A DNA stretch of 64,000 nt from a bacterium (GTDB lineage Bacteria; Patescibacteriota; Saccharimonadia; Saccharimonadales; UBA4665), in NCBI GenBank assembly GCA_021846445.1, contig JAJZWY010000001.1, positions 23,379 through 87,378 of the forward strand, read 5' to 3'. The notes beneath the pieces were generated by a model. It ran no database searches, had not been told where the DNA came from, and worked only from the letters and a program-made list of their open reading frames with translations. A program made the position numbers and the translations under genes. Every line of letters begins with the position of its first letter. Position 1 is the first letter of the stretch. Below are positions 46,175 to 56,352 of the stretch, one piece after another.

Positions 46175-47614
46175 CTAGTTATTTTTTAAATACTCTATAA
46201 AATTATTTATTCTTAAAATCGTCTCAGATTTCGAAAGTAAATAGATAGTGTCAAATAGTCCTGGACTAAAAGGGCTTTGGGTTATAGCTATTCTAATTAA
46301 ACTAAAAAGAACTACTGGTTTTTGATTTGTTTCAATTAGTAAATTATTTAATTTTTTAGTTATATCTTCAAGGCTAAAAACCGATTTTTCTAATTCTTGA
46401 ATGCTTTTTTCTAGCAAGCTAATCAGCTTATTTTTACCAAGATTGAACAGAATTTTATTATCTTTAATTAATTGATAATTTATATTTGGTCTTTTGAAAA
46501 AATATGAGGTCAAGCTATCTATTTCAGATAAATATTTTAATCTATCCTGAACTAATCCTAAAACATTCTTTTGATAATTAATGTCGAACTGAGAGGCTTC
46601 TTTAGGTAGGTACTTGATACTCAGTTTGTAAAGTTCATCTATTTTGAGACTACGAATAAAGTGTCCATTAATCCAGATTAATTTTTGCTGATCAAATCTA
46701 GCAGGAGATTTTTGAATATCTTTTAGTTTAAATTTTTGAATGATCTCTTCTATGCTATATATTTCTTGAGTTGAACCGTCGTTCCACCCTAGTGATGATA
46801 TAAAATTGATTAAGCTCTCTTCCAAAAAGCCCTCATTTAAGTATTCCAATATGTCTTTAGCATTATCTCTTTTGGAAAGTTTCTTTTTGCCATCAGGTCC
46901 CAAGATTGGGGGTACTGTTACAAATTTTGGAGGAGTGATTTCTAGGGCTTCATATAAATTAAGATATTTTGGGGTGGAGGCGATGAATTCTTGGCCTCTA
47001 ATGATATGACTAATTTTCATTAAATAATCATCTATGATGTGTCCAAAATTGTATGTTGGAAAACCATCACTTTTTATTAATATAAAATCGTCTATTGACT
47101 CATCTCCTGCACTAAGTCTTCCCATGATTTGATCTTCCCATGTATATTTTTTAGGATTTGATTTAAATCTTAAGGCCTTTGTTTTATCCCAGCCTGATAA
47201 TAACTTAGGTCTATAGTCTCTAAATAAAAAGGGTTTCTTCTGAGCTTTAGCAAGCAACCTAAATTCTTCGACTTCCGTTTTAGAATAAGGGTCAGAATAG
47301 GCCAGCCCCTTATCTACGAGTTTTTGAGCCCATTGATTGTAAATTGCTAGTCGTTGACTGGAAATGTATGGACCATATTGTCCTCCGATGTCAGGACCTT
47401 CGTCATACTCTAGTCCAAGGCTTCTTAGAGATAGCAGGATGTGTTCTATTGATCCTGTAACTTTTCTACCTTGATCAGTATCTTCTATTCTTAGAATAAA
47501 TTGTCCATTTTGACTTTTTGCCAGCAACCATCCAAACAAGGCGGTACGAATTCCACCTAGATGAATGAAACCTGTTGGACTAGGTGCGAACCGGGTACGT
47601 ATTTTAGTTTCCAT
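46175..47614 (-). CDS. gltX: Glutamate--tRNA ligase
   Basis: RTRFAPSPTGFIHLGG (HIGH region) and KLSKR (KMSKS region). Confidence 0.93.
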   Translation of the reverse strand: METKIRTRFAPSPTGFIHLGGIRTALFGWLLAKSQNGQFILRIEDTDQGRKVTGSIEHILLSLRSLGLEYDEGPDIGGQYGPYISSQRLAIYNQWAQKLVDKGLAYSDPYSKTEVEEFRLLAKAQKKPFLFRDYRPKLLSGWDKTKALRFKSNPKKYTWEDQIMGRLSAGDESIDDFILIKSDGFPTYNFGHIIDDYLMKISHIIRGQEFIASTPKYLNLYEALEITPPKFVTVPPILGPDGKKKLSKRDNAKDILEYLNEGFLEESLINFISSLGWNDGSTQEIYSIEEIIQKFKLKDIQKSPARFDQQKLIWINGHFIRSLKIDELYKLSIKYLPKEASQFDINYQKNVLGLVQDRLKYLSEIDSLTSYFFKRPNINYQLIKDNKILFNLGKNKLISLLEKSIQELEKSVFSLEDITKKLNNLLIETNQKPVVLFSLIRIAITQSPFSPGLFDTIYLLSKSETILRINNFIEYLKNN

Positions 47615-47645
47615 CTTTATATAATTATATTGAATATTTTAGAAA

Positions 47646-48635
47646 TTAGATAGAAGAAGCTATATTTGAAATTTGATTATTATTCAATGAACCATTATCA
47701 CTTATTAGATAAATTATTCCTTTATAAATCCAAGTAGCATTATCACTGTTGTTATAAACATAAACTTTAGCTGTTTTTGTGTTTAAAACTAAATAATTCA
47801 ATCCTACTTGGTTGATTACGTATTTATATAATAGTTGAGATGAGCTAATATTTGATTTTTTTTGAACAATCGAATAGCTTAGTCCATTAATATTATTTTG
47901 ATAAGATGATTCAACTATACCCGAGGCTGAACTAATTGATGATAGAGTATATCCAGATGGTTTATAGGATGAAGTTAATGGCCAAAACCCTGCTCTATAG
48001 GAAGCTATGATATATGGAATATCATTTAAGTTATATCTAGCGGGTGTAAAGATTATTCCTGCTCCAATCATTAAGACCAAAAGAGTAACTGTGCTTGAAA
48101 TAAGCGGATGCCTAAGGAAGAAAAATTTCTTTCTTGGAGGTTTATAGGCCGGAAAATCAATTGGGGCTTTATCAATAGCGTCTTCAAAAATGTTTGAGGG
48201 GTTGATTGTATTTTGATAATCATTTTGAATATTGTCGTCTGGAGTAATATTGGGGGTATCTTCCAGGTTGTAGCCATCTTGTGATAGTTCTTCGGGTTGA
48301 TCATTTATGAACGTAGGGGTAAGGCTTTGGTCCTGAAAGGTATTATTTAGACCATAGTTAGGGCTAACTTCTGTAGGTGGCTGAGGGGCAAAATCCGAAG
48401 CAGAATTGTTGAAAAGATTATATCGATAACGACTAATAATATTTTGTTTATCGTATTCGTTAAAATAGGCACTCTTGAAGTTATCTCCTTCTCTATTAAA
48501 ACTATAATCGGGTTCAGGGACTGACTCACGTCTTAGGGTTTTTGATCTTGAGGGACTTCGTCTTAAGCTGTTTGGAGTTTTAAAGTCCATAAATTTTTGA
48601 TTATTTTTATTTGAGCTAATATCCATCTTATCCAA
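47646..48635 (-). CDS. Hypothetical membrane protein with a disordered N-terminal half
   Basis: Low-complexity N/P/D-rich region, one TM (LISSTVTLLVLMIGAGIIF), then a ~130-aa extracytoplasmic domain. No motif recognised. Confidence 0.5.
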   Translation of the reverse strand: MDKMDISSNKNNQKFMDFKTPNSLRRSPSRSKTLRRESVPEPDYSFNREGDNFKSAYFNEYDKQNIISRYRYNLFNNSASDFAPQPPTEVSPNYGLNNTFQDQSLTPTFINDQPEELSQDGYNLEDTPNITPDDNIQNDYQNTINPSNIFEDAIDKAPIDFPAYKPPRKKFFFLRHPLISSTVTLLVLMIGAGIIFTPARYNLNDIPYIIASYRAGFWPLTSSYKPSGYTLSSISSASGIVESSYQNNINGLSYSIVQKKSNISSSQLLYKYVINQVGLNYLVLNTKTAKVYVYNNSDNATWIYKGIIYLISDNGSLNNNQISNIASSI

Positions 48636-48764
48636 TAAATCCCCTCAAACTGAATTTAACTTTTATTTACTATGTCTATATTAATACTACTTGTGATTAT
48701 CGGCAATAGGTAAGATAATAAAAGATAAACAATTTTAATTTTTGAAAGAATAATAATATTAAAA

Positions 48765-50234
48765 ATGGATTATCTAGATCCCCGAAAAAATTTTCAGAAT
48801 AAAGTTTTACTAATAACTGGATACATTTTAATATTTATAGCGATTGTTCTTGCTACGGTAGTCCTTCTTTATCAGTCATATGGGTATGGTATTCATGATG
48901 GTCGAGTTATTCAAAACGGGTTAATTTTCTTAAATAGTCAACCAAATCCTGCAAATATTTATGTTAACAATGTTTTTAAGGGAACAACTAATACTAATTT
49001 AACGCTAGAGAGCGGAGTATACAATTTTGAGTTAACCTTAAACGGCTTTAGAACATGGACTAGGAAAATCGAAATTGATGGTGGGACAATTGCCTATTAT
49101 GATTATCCCTTACTTATACCAGATAAGTTAAAGAGTACTATTATTAATAGTTCCTCAAACACTCCTTTAATTTTTACAGAAAGTTTAAATAAGCAATATG
49201 TCTTAATTCTTAATTCAGGATCTAATGATCTCTTCGATCTCTATAATCTAAGTAATAGCAAACCATCGTTAACTAAATTTTCCGTCCCCGCCAATATTAT
49301 TAGCAAAAATACATCTGGAACAAGTAGTTGGAATGTTATTGGTTGGGCAAACGATAATAGTCATGTCCTTCTAGAACATAGTTATGATGGAACAAAAACT
49401 GAATATATTCTATTAGATGTTACTAATCCAAGTAATTCCATTAATTTGTCTACACAATTTGCTTCTTTCTCGTTTAGCTCTATAAATTTTATTGATCTTA
49501 ATTATAAAAATTATTATTTATATAATCAGACTACCCAAACTTTAGATAGCGTTAGTTTATCTAATCCAGGAGTAGAGACAAATGTTTTGAACAACGTTCT
49601 TTCATATGACGGATACTTGAGCAACACAATTCTATATGCGACCACTGCTAATGCTCCTACTGGGCTTATTTATATTAATGAAATGCAGGGTAGTAATATC
49701 TATCATATTCGTACATTTCCTGCTGGATCGACCTATTTATTAAATATGGCTAGTTATGGTGGTACTATCTATGTTGCTGCGGGCTCTTCTGCCCTAGATA
49801 AGGTTTACATTTATCAGGACCCTGTATCTCAACTTCAAAATTTACCAAATCATGTACCGGTACCTATCCAAGTTTTATTTGTTAAAGACCCAAATTATTT
49901 AAACTTTTCAGAAAATAGTCAATTTATAGTTGCTGAAGGATATAACCAATTTGGAGTTTATGACTTTGAGAATTTACATGGGTATAATTACATTACTAAA
50001 TTGCCCCTTGATCCTCCTCAAACTCATGCGTTTTGGATGGATGGAGATAGGATGACTTATGTTTCGAACGGGAAGTTAATTATGTTTGAATATGACCATA
50101 ATTATAGACAAATCTTAGTACCCAGCTTAGCTAATTTTGCCCCAGCATTTGATTCAAATTATCATAATCTCTATACAATTTCGTATAATCCGATAACTAA
50201 AACTTATAATTTTGAGCAGACTTCTCTAATTTAA
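48765..50234 (+). CDS. PEGA-domain surface protein
   Basis: TM anchor, then PANIYVNNVFKGTTNTNLTLESGVYNFELTLNGFRTWTRKIEI (PEGA-like beta sandwich), then a large beta-rich domain. Confidence 0.6.
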   Translation: MDYLDPRKNFQNKVLLITGYILIFIAIVLATVVLLYQSYGYGIHDGRVIQNGLIFLNSQPNPANIYVNNVFKGTTNTNLTLESGVYNFELTLNGFRTWTRKIEIDGGTIAYYDYPLLIPDKLKSTIINSSSNTPLIFTESLNKQYVLILNSGSNDLFDLYNLSNSKPSLTKFSVPANIISKNTSGTSSWNVIGWANDNSHVLLEHSYDGTKTEYILLDVTNPSNSINLSTQFASFSFSSINFIDLNYKNYYLYNQTTQTLDSVSLSNPGVETNVLNNVLSYDGYLSNTILYATTANAPTGLIYINEMQGSNIYHIRTFPAGSTYLLNMASYGGTIYVAAGSSALDKVYIYQDPVSQLQNLPNHVPVPIQVLFVKDPNYLNFSENSQFIVAEGYNQFGVYDFENLHGYNYITKLPLDPPQTHAFWMDGDRMTYVSNGKLIMFEYDHNYRQILVPSLANFAPAFDSNYHNLYTISYNPITKTYNFEQTSLI

Positions 50235-51448
50235 GAAGTTTTGTTTTTGGATATTTTTCTAAATATATAGATAATTATTATAATCCCTAAGATCGAAAGA
50301 ATAGTTTTTCCGATTGAAGAGTTTATGAATCTATCCCAAAGAGTCGGACCGTTCCCCGGTAAATGGGTAGTTTGAGTAATTGGATTTTGGATTACTGATG
50401 GCTGAGTATTTGATGAAATATTTGGACTAATTTGCTCTCCGACAACAACCAGTCTATTAAGTGAAGTGCCTGGAGGATCACAAGTAATTAGTGTAGCGGT
50501 TGCTTGTTGCCCAAGTACTGGGCCAAGTACAGAAACATCACTAGGACTGACTATTTTTGTACTAATAACTTTGTAGACATAAAGGGTTCTGTTATATGTT
50601 AAATAAAAAGTGTCTCCTGGAACTAAATCATGTAAAAGTACAAAAGCAAACTTATATTTACCTGGATTAAATATATTATTACTGGAATGACCGAAAAATG
50701 CGGCGTTGCCGAATTGCCCAGGGTCGACTGTTGTTGGATAGTGAACTACTCCATCTTCCAAGAAATTTTCGATTGTCCCTTCATTGGTGGTGCTAATCGA
50801 ATAGTTCACGGGTATCTGAACATTAATTTTAGGAATTATAACTTCATTTGTAGATGAGGCTATTTGATTTGATGATCCTATAATTATAGGTATGGCCAAT
50901 TGATTGCTACTTGGTTGGATAAAAGGAGTTATTAAAACCTCGTTGAAAAAACCAAACATAAAAATGAAAATGGCCAAAAATGCTAAACCTAAACCAAATA
51001 ATAACGACTCCAGATGATGCTTAAGAGTTAATTTACCTCCGGCTGATAATTTATGATGAATATTTTTAGTAAGGGATCTTTTGGTTGACTGATTAGTAAA
51101 ATTATTTTGACCGATTATGGCGTTTTTCTGCCTGGTCATATTAAGCTCAAAGGAATCTATTCCAGCAGGCCTTTTAAGATTACGGTTACTAGCGTAAAAT
51201 TCATTCCAGACTTGTTTTTTTTCATTGTCCGATAAATGAATGTAATAGTTATGCCATTCTGTTTGAATGGTTACTATATCTTTTTGATTGTGGACTAAAT
51301 TATTTAAAAATTTCTGATGTTTGCTTTTTTGAGTAGTTTCTTGAAGTTCCTTAATTTCTGTTTGGACATTTGGCTCGTGTTGATTATTATAGATGTGACT
51401 TATTTTTTGTCGAATTAAGTTTTCTGCTGGTTTAAATTCATTATTCAT
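50231..51448 (-). CDS. Sortase-family transpeptidase
   Basis: Catalytic TLITCDP (TLxTC) and His region AAFFGHSS; both N- and C-terminal TM segments. Confidence 0.8.
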   Translation of the reverse strand: MNNEFKPAENLIRQKISHIYNNQHEPNVQTEIKELQETTQKSKHQKFLNNLVHNQKDIVTIQTEWHNYYIHLSDNEKKQVWNEFYASNRNLKRPAGIDSFELNMTRQKNAIIGQNNFTNQSTKRSLTKNIHHKLSAGGKLTLKHHLESLLFGLGLAFLAIFIFMFGFFNEVLITPFIQPSSNQLAIPIIIGSSNQIASSTNEVIIPKINVQIPVNYSISTTNEGTIENFLEDGVVHYPTTVDPGQFGNAAFFGHSSNNIFNPGKYKFAFVLLHDLVPGDTFYLTYNRTLYVYKVISTKIVSPSDVSVLGPVLGQQATATLITCDPPGTSLNRLVVVGEQISPNISSNTQPSVIQNPITQTTHLPGNGPTLWDRFINSSIGKTILSILGIIIIIYIFRKISKNKTS

Positions 51449-51536
51449 TTTAATCTGTATCTACTAGATAAGCATTTACCATTATAGTACAATTACATCT
51501 TAGGGGCTAAAGTTTTTAGACTCTGAGGGTTTCATG

Positions 51537-51621
51537 GGGCAAGTGGCGGAATTGGTATACGCGCACGACTCAAAATCGTGTTCCTTTTGGATTGAGGGTT
51601 CGAGTCCCTCCCTGCCCACCA
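51537..51621 (+). tRNA. tRNA-Leu (anticodon CAA), type II, CCA encoded
   Basis: Anticodon stem CACGA/TCGTG with loop CTCAAAA, a long variable arm, and T-arm GAGGG-TTCGAGT-CCCTC. The acceptor GGGCAAG/CCTGCCC has one A-C mismatch. Confidence 0.88.
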
Positions 51622-51640
51622 GTCGGATTTTTTATTTTAG

Positions 51641-52426
51641 TTAGATTGAATTGTAGATTCCAGATATGATTGCTTCAAATATACTATTTTCGTATATTGA
51701 TATATAGAAGCAAATAAAAGCACTTAATTTATTAAAGATTTGAAGAGGATCTACAGGGTTACTTAATTTGGTTAAAACTATTTTTTGATTATATATAAAA
51801 ATAATATTGTCGTCCAAAAGGCTAACAAGAGGCTGGTTATAGATTTTATTAAGTTTGATAAGTTTTTGATAAATCTGATTGAGATTATCTTGAAGGTTTA
51901 AGGTGGTTTGATGAGTTATAGACAGAAAGAATTTTTGAATTATGGGTAACGGTTGAATGATAATATTTAGATTATTCGAGATCGTTTGCGGTATAAAGGG
52001 TGCAGAGTCATTAACAAATACTATTTTTGGTTGTTTTGTTTTGTCAAGAAATCTTTCAAAAAGTAATCTAGTCTCTGCATTTTTTCCGAAATCTCCACCT
52101 AAAATTATAGAATCTGGCCATGAACTATAATCCATCAACTCAGCAAGCGCTTTTTGAGAAAAACTGCCACTCCGATTACTTGGCAAGAATATACCAACGT
52201 CTGAATCAATCTTGATTTCTTTTTTTAAAATATCTGGAAAGATAATTTTTATTGATCCGACCTTAGCCGTAAGTAGATATTCATAAATTGTAGCTATGTT
52301 TTTGAAATCATATTCATTTCCGCCGATCAATAAAATTTTACCAGCATTATTTCTGTTTTCTGGTTTTGCCCAAATTAAGTCTGGGTATAGAGGTTTAAGA
52401 TTTTCTTGAATCAATATATCAGGCAT
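51641..52426 (-). CDS. Hypothetical protein, distant YjeF-C / NAD(P)HX-dehydratase-like layout
   Basis: AGKILLIGGNEY...(A)KVGSIKIIFP and SIILGGDFGKN...IVFVNDSAPF mirror the GKVLIIGGS / VIGPGLG / LDADAL order of that fold, but they are degenerate. Confidence 0.35.
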   Translation of the reverse strand: MPDILIQENLKPLYPDLIWAKPENRNNAGKILLIGGNEYDFKNIATIYEYLLTAKVGSIKIIFPDILKKEIKIDSDVGIFLPSNRSGSFSQKALAELMDYSSWPDSIILGGDFGKNAETRLLFERFLDKTKQPKIVFVNDSAPFIPQTISNNLNIIIQPLPIIQKFFLSITHQTTLNLQDNLNQIYQKLIKLNKIYNQPLVSLLDDNIIFIYNQKIVLTKLSNPVDPLQIFNKLSAFICFYISIYENSIFEAIISGIYNSI

Positions 52427-52432
52427 CTTAAT

Positions 52433-53230
52433 TTAGATATTTAATTTTATAGCTATTGGGCAATGGTCTGAACCCATAATCTTTGGATAAATACTAGCAT
52501 TATCTAATTTAGGTCTTAATTTTTGGGAGATAAAAATATAATCTATTCGCCAACCGATGTTTCTTTCTCTAGCTCTGGCAAAATATGACCACCATGTATA
52601 GTGGCCATTCCCGTGGTGGTATTCTCTGAATGAATCAATAAAACCATTTTGGATTATTTTGTCTATTCCTTCTCGTTCTTCTTTAGTAAATCCTTTTTTT
52701 CCTTCATTAGGCTTGGGGTTGGCTAGGTCATCTTCGGTATGAGCTACATTCAGGTCACCACAAAAAATAACTTCTTTCTTCTGTTTTAGATTGAGCATGT
52801 ATTTTAAAAAAGCAGGATCCCATTGATTATGTCTTAATGGAAGTCTAGATAAATCATCTTTGGCATTTGGTGTATAGACACTAACTACATAAAAGTTCTG
52901 ATATTCTAGAGCAAGAACTCTGCCTTCATCATTAGGGTTTCCGTAAGGATCGTTTTGAAGGCCATATTCTTTAATAATTTCTTCTGGTAGTCCGTAGATT
53001 TCTTTTAGTGGTTTAAGAGTGCTTAAAATCGCTGTACCCGAATAGCCTGGTTTTTGGGCAGGATAAATGTATTCAAAGTAATTATCTAAATTAAAATTAA
53101 TTTGATTTTTGAAGGCTTTAATTTCTTGCAAACAAATTATATCTGGTTTATGTCGATCTATAAATTCCTGGAAGGTTCCTTTTTTTTGAAGTGCTCTAAT
53201 CCCATTTACGTTCCAGGAAAAAATGTTCAT
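52433..53230 (-). CDS. xth: Exodeoxyribonuclease III / AP endonuclease
   Basis: SWNVNGIRA, ICLQE, GDLNVAH and GSDHCPI. Confidence 0.92.
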   Translation of the reverse strand: MNIFSWNVNGIRALQKKGTFQEFIDRHKPDIICLQEIKAFKNQINFNLDNYFEYIYPAQKPGYSGTAILSTLKPLKEIYGLPEEIIKEYGLQNDPYGNPNDEGRVLALEYQNFYVVSVYTPNAKDDLSRLPLRHNQWDPAFLKYMLNLKQKKEVIFCGDLNVAHTEDDLANPKPNEGKKGFTKEEREGIDKIIQNGFIDSFREYHHGNGHYTWWSYFARARERNIGWRIDYIFISQKLRPKLDNASIYPKIMGSDHCPIAIKLNI

Positions 53231-53279
53231 AAAAAAAGTATAGCTTTGTTTAACTATATTTGCTAGACTCTTTAAAAGT

Positions 53280-53996
53280 ATGTCGCATGCTAAATATAAA
53301 AGGATTTTAATAAAAATATCTGGTGAACAATTAGCTGGAAAATTTGATTTTGGAGTTGATCCAGATATGGCCCATTATTTAGCCCTGGAAATCAAGAAAG
53401 TAGTTAAGCTTGGTGTTGATATTGTTATTATTGTTGGTGGCGGAAATATGGTAAGAGGTGCCCAAATTGCCCGAAAAGGGATAAAAAGAGTTACTGCTGA
53501 TCAAATGGGTATGCTTAGTGGGCTAATAAATTCAATGATTTTAACAGATATTTTTGAATCGGAGGGTCTTAAGGTAAGATGTCTTAGTAATGTGTTTGCG
53601 GATCAGATTGCAGAGCCTTATTCGTATAGGAGAGCCATTAAACATCTAGAATCGGGGAGAGTTGTGATTATTGCAGGTGGAACGGCCCGACCCTACTTTT
53701 CTCATGACACTGCAGCCGTTAGTTTTGCGCTTGAACTTGATGCTGACTTAGTATTAAAGGCCACAAAAGTTGACGGAGTTTTTGATAAAGATCCCAAGAA
53801 GTATAAAGATGCTCAAAAATTAGATTCAATAACATTTGAGCAAGCTCTAAGTAATTCCAAAATTGCAGTTATGGATAAAGCTGCTCTTGGTCTTGCAATG
53901 GAACAAAATAAACCAATTATTGTGTTTAACCCGTTAGAAAAAGACAACATCCTAAATGTACTTCTTAGGGGTGATGTCGGTACGCTGATTAATTGA
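53280..53996 (+). CDS. pyrH: UMP kinase
   Basis: KRILIKISGE, IVVGGGN and AGGT..PYFSHDTAA. Confidence 0.93.
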   Translation: MSHAKYKRILIKISGEQLAGKFDFGVDPDMAHYLALEIKKVVKLGVDIVIIVGGGNMVRGAQIARKGIKRVTADQMGMLSGLINSMILTDIFESEGLKVRCLSNVFADQIAEPYSYRRAIKHLESGRVVIIAGGTARPYFSHDTAAVSFALELDADLVLKATKVDGVFDKDPKKYKDAQKLDSITFEQALSNSKIAVMDKAALGLAMEQNKPIIVFNPLEKDNILNVLLRGDVGTLIN

Positions 53997-54343
53997 ATAA
54001 GTTAAATTGTTTAGGGGATTATTATTTTTTTTGGGAATAGTCTTAATGTCGAATATTTTTTGATAAAGAAAATTTATTAAATGAATATTTAGATGGTTCT
54101 TGACGTTACCTCTTGATAAGTTTGACGATACCAAATGCCTCCTTTTTTATAGCTTATTTTCCTTTGTAAAATAGAGATTCAAATTTTTCCTAAAAAAGCA
54201 ATCATTCTAACCCAGGTCTGGCGGTGTGTATTGGACGAAGTTCGAATGTATTTCGGGCAAAATCCGCAGGATTTTGACGAATGACACTTGCGCCTCGGCC
54301 GCCCAGTGCGCGCACAAGTCCGCCGCTAACGCTGGCGGCTCCC

Positions 54344-56335
54344 TTAACTTCTCCTTTGCGACATTGAATTTAGACTATTGAGATAATTTTTGAACCCCTG
54401 CTTTCCTTGCAGTTGGTTTTTTGCGTGATTACTTTTCTTATAACTAAAGTATTCCGCGTGTTCATCTGATAATTGATCTAGAAAGTCATGCGCTTGTCTC
54501 GCGCCACCGGATTTTAACGCAGTGAGAATGTGTAAACTTTTTCTGGCGCGAGTCATCGCAACATAAAAAGCGTTTTTCGTTACCCAACCCATATTCACAT
54601 TATCAAAACCGATAATAATTACATGATCAGCTGATAATCCTTTTGAACCGACGACTGTCATTAATTCAATGGCTCCCATCTTTTTTACTTCAATTTCTTC
54701 CAATTCTGCCTCCTCTTCTTCTTGATGTTCAATCTCCGTAACTTCCTTTTGGTTAATGGATTTTCTCTTAATATCGTCTTTTAACCGCTTCTTGTCGGAT
54801 AAAGAAATATGTCTAGCAATGCTTTCTATTTTTTGCTCTATTGTTTGCCCGTTTGTTTCTAAAATAGTCTTAATTTCATTAGATTTTTGTACTGCACTTT
54901 TGATTTCGGCGGCATCAAGATCATTAAAGTTTTGATTGTTTTGCATGGCCATCTCAATCAATTCATGCACCCTCGCTATTGCAACGTTTTCGTACTGTAA
55001 AATTTTACGGAAAGTGAAATTGTTTTGTGGGTTATTCGATAGCGAATAATAGCTTAGAATCTTGTGGTAGTCCTCTGAAAAATAGCGATTTTCCGCGCGA
55101 TATTCTGATACAAGCTCGTCTAGTTTCTTTTTCCCGTCAAACTTCTTATTTTTATAAAAATCCACTTCTTTTGCCGGAGTTAAAATGAGCAGAAAAGCGT
55201 CTTTTTCTTCTCCTTCGGTTAATTTTGCCTTTCGTTCATCAATCGCTGCTTTGTTATCCGCCACAAACTTTTCTATGTAATCAACCGCCGTTGGAGCAGT
55301 TGCGCAAGCAATCACTTGTACTTTAGGCTTATCATCAGCCGTTTTTATCGGTAGATAAATTTTTTCTATACACTCTGCTTCTCTATTTTGCTGAATAAAA
55401 TGGCCTGCTGACTTTGTGATATGAAAACTGCTCCGACCGCAGAAAGGTAACATGCCGTTTGCATAATCATTGTTTTGGTAAAGGTTCCGTATCAGAGTTG
55501 GCTTTCCCGATTTTAATTTTTCGTAAAGTACTTGTTCGTCATCGCCAACAATCAATAGCCCTCTGGGGTTATTAACTAGTTGTTTTATTAAATCGTCCTC
55601 GGCGGCATTAAAATCTTGATACTCGTCAATAATAAAGCAGCCACTCTCGTTAAGGTTTGCGTTTTCGGCCAAAGCGTCTTTCGCCCGCAAAATTAAATCA
55701 GCAAAACCAGCCGCATTGTAAAATTGGCACAGCTTAAAGTAGGTATCTTTCAGGCCACGCCATTCATCAGATTCATCAAACTCTGCATTATGCAACTGCT
55801 CCTCAAATTTTTTTAATGTATAAACACTGCGATCTAATCTAGCATAAAAAGCCAAGACATCGACCCACACAACATCTTTCCAAGACTGACCTATGATTCG
55901 GAAGTGTGGCTGAAAACGCCACTCTGTCGTACCATGATTTTGTTCAACGACACTTCGGGCAAATTTATGCAATGTATGAACTTCGACTTGATCTTTTTGT
56001 GCTTGGGTTAAATTTTGATCTCCCTGTATATCGCTGTCTAAATCTGCGACGAGCTTTCGGACAAAGGTGAGGCATAGGATTTTTGATGTTGAATTTTGCC
56101 CTAGCCAAAAACTAATCCTGCCCTTGAATAAGGTGCTTTTGCCCGTTCCGGGGCCAGAAACAATCAAAAACTTTCCCGCTCCGTGATTGGCAATAGCTGA
56201 AGCGTTTTGATTTCGGTATTCGGTACGTCCATTGTCGTCTAACGCATCAAGTTCGCTGTGTAAAGTTTGAAGCTCGTTTGATTCAAATGGGCTACCATCA
56301 TCGTTGATTAGATTTCGCATATTTCTTGGAAGCAT
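54344..56335 (-). CDS. SF1 UvrD-like helicase (AAA_19/UvrD_C-type), no nuclease domain seen
   Basis: Walker A SGPGTGKST, IIDEYQDFN, VGDDEQ and C-terminal SKGLSADHVIIIG...YVAMTRARKSL, with a long charged insert. Confidence 0.8.
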   Translation of the reverse strand: MLPRNMRNLINDDGSPFESNELQTLHSELDALDDNGRTEYRNQNASAIANHGAGKFLIVSGPGTGKSTLFKGRISFWLGQNSTSKILCLTFVRKLVADLDSDIQGDQNLTQAQKDQVEVHTLHKFARSVVEQNHGTTEWRFQPHFRIIGQSWKDVVWVDVLAFYARLDRSVYTLKKFEEQLHNAEFDESDEWRGLKDTYFKLCQFYNAAGFADLILRAKDALAENANLNESGCFIIDEYQDFNAAEDDLIKQLVNNPRGLLIVGDDEQVLYEKLKSGKPTLIRNLYQNNDYANGMLPFCGRSSFHITKSAGHFIQQNREAECIEKIYLPIKTADDKPKVQVIACATAPTAVDYIEKFVADNKAAIDERKAKLTEGEEKDAFLLILTPAKEVDFYKNKKFDGKKKLDELVSEYRAENRYFSEDYHKILSYYSLSNNPQNNFTFRKILQYENVAIARVHELIEMAMQNNQNFNDLDAAEIKSAVQKSNEIKTILETNGQTIEQKIESIARHISLSDKKRLKDDIKRKSINQKEVTEIEHQEEEEAELEEIEVKKMGAIELMTVVGSKGLSADHVIIIGFDNVNMGWVTKNAFYVAMTRARKSLHILTALKSGGARQAHDFLDQLSDEHAEYFSYKKSNHAKNQLQGKQGFKNYLNSLNSMSQRRS

Positions 56336-56352
56336 TCATGCTGTGCGGGCTG

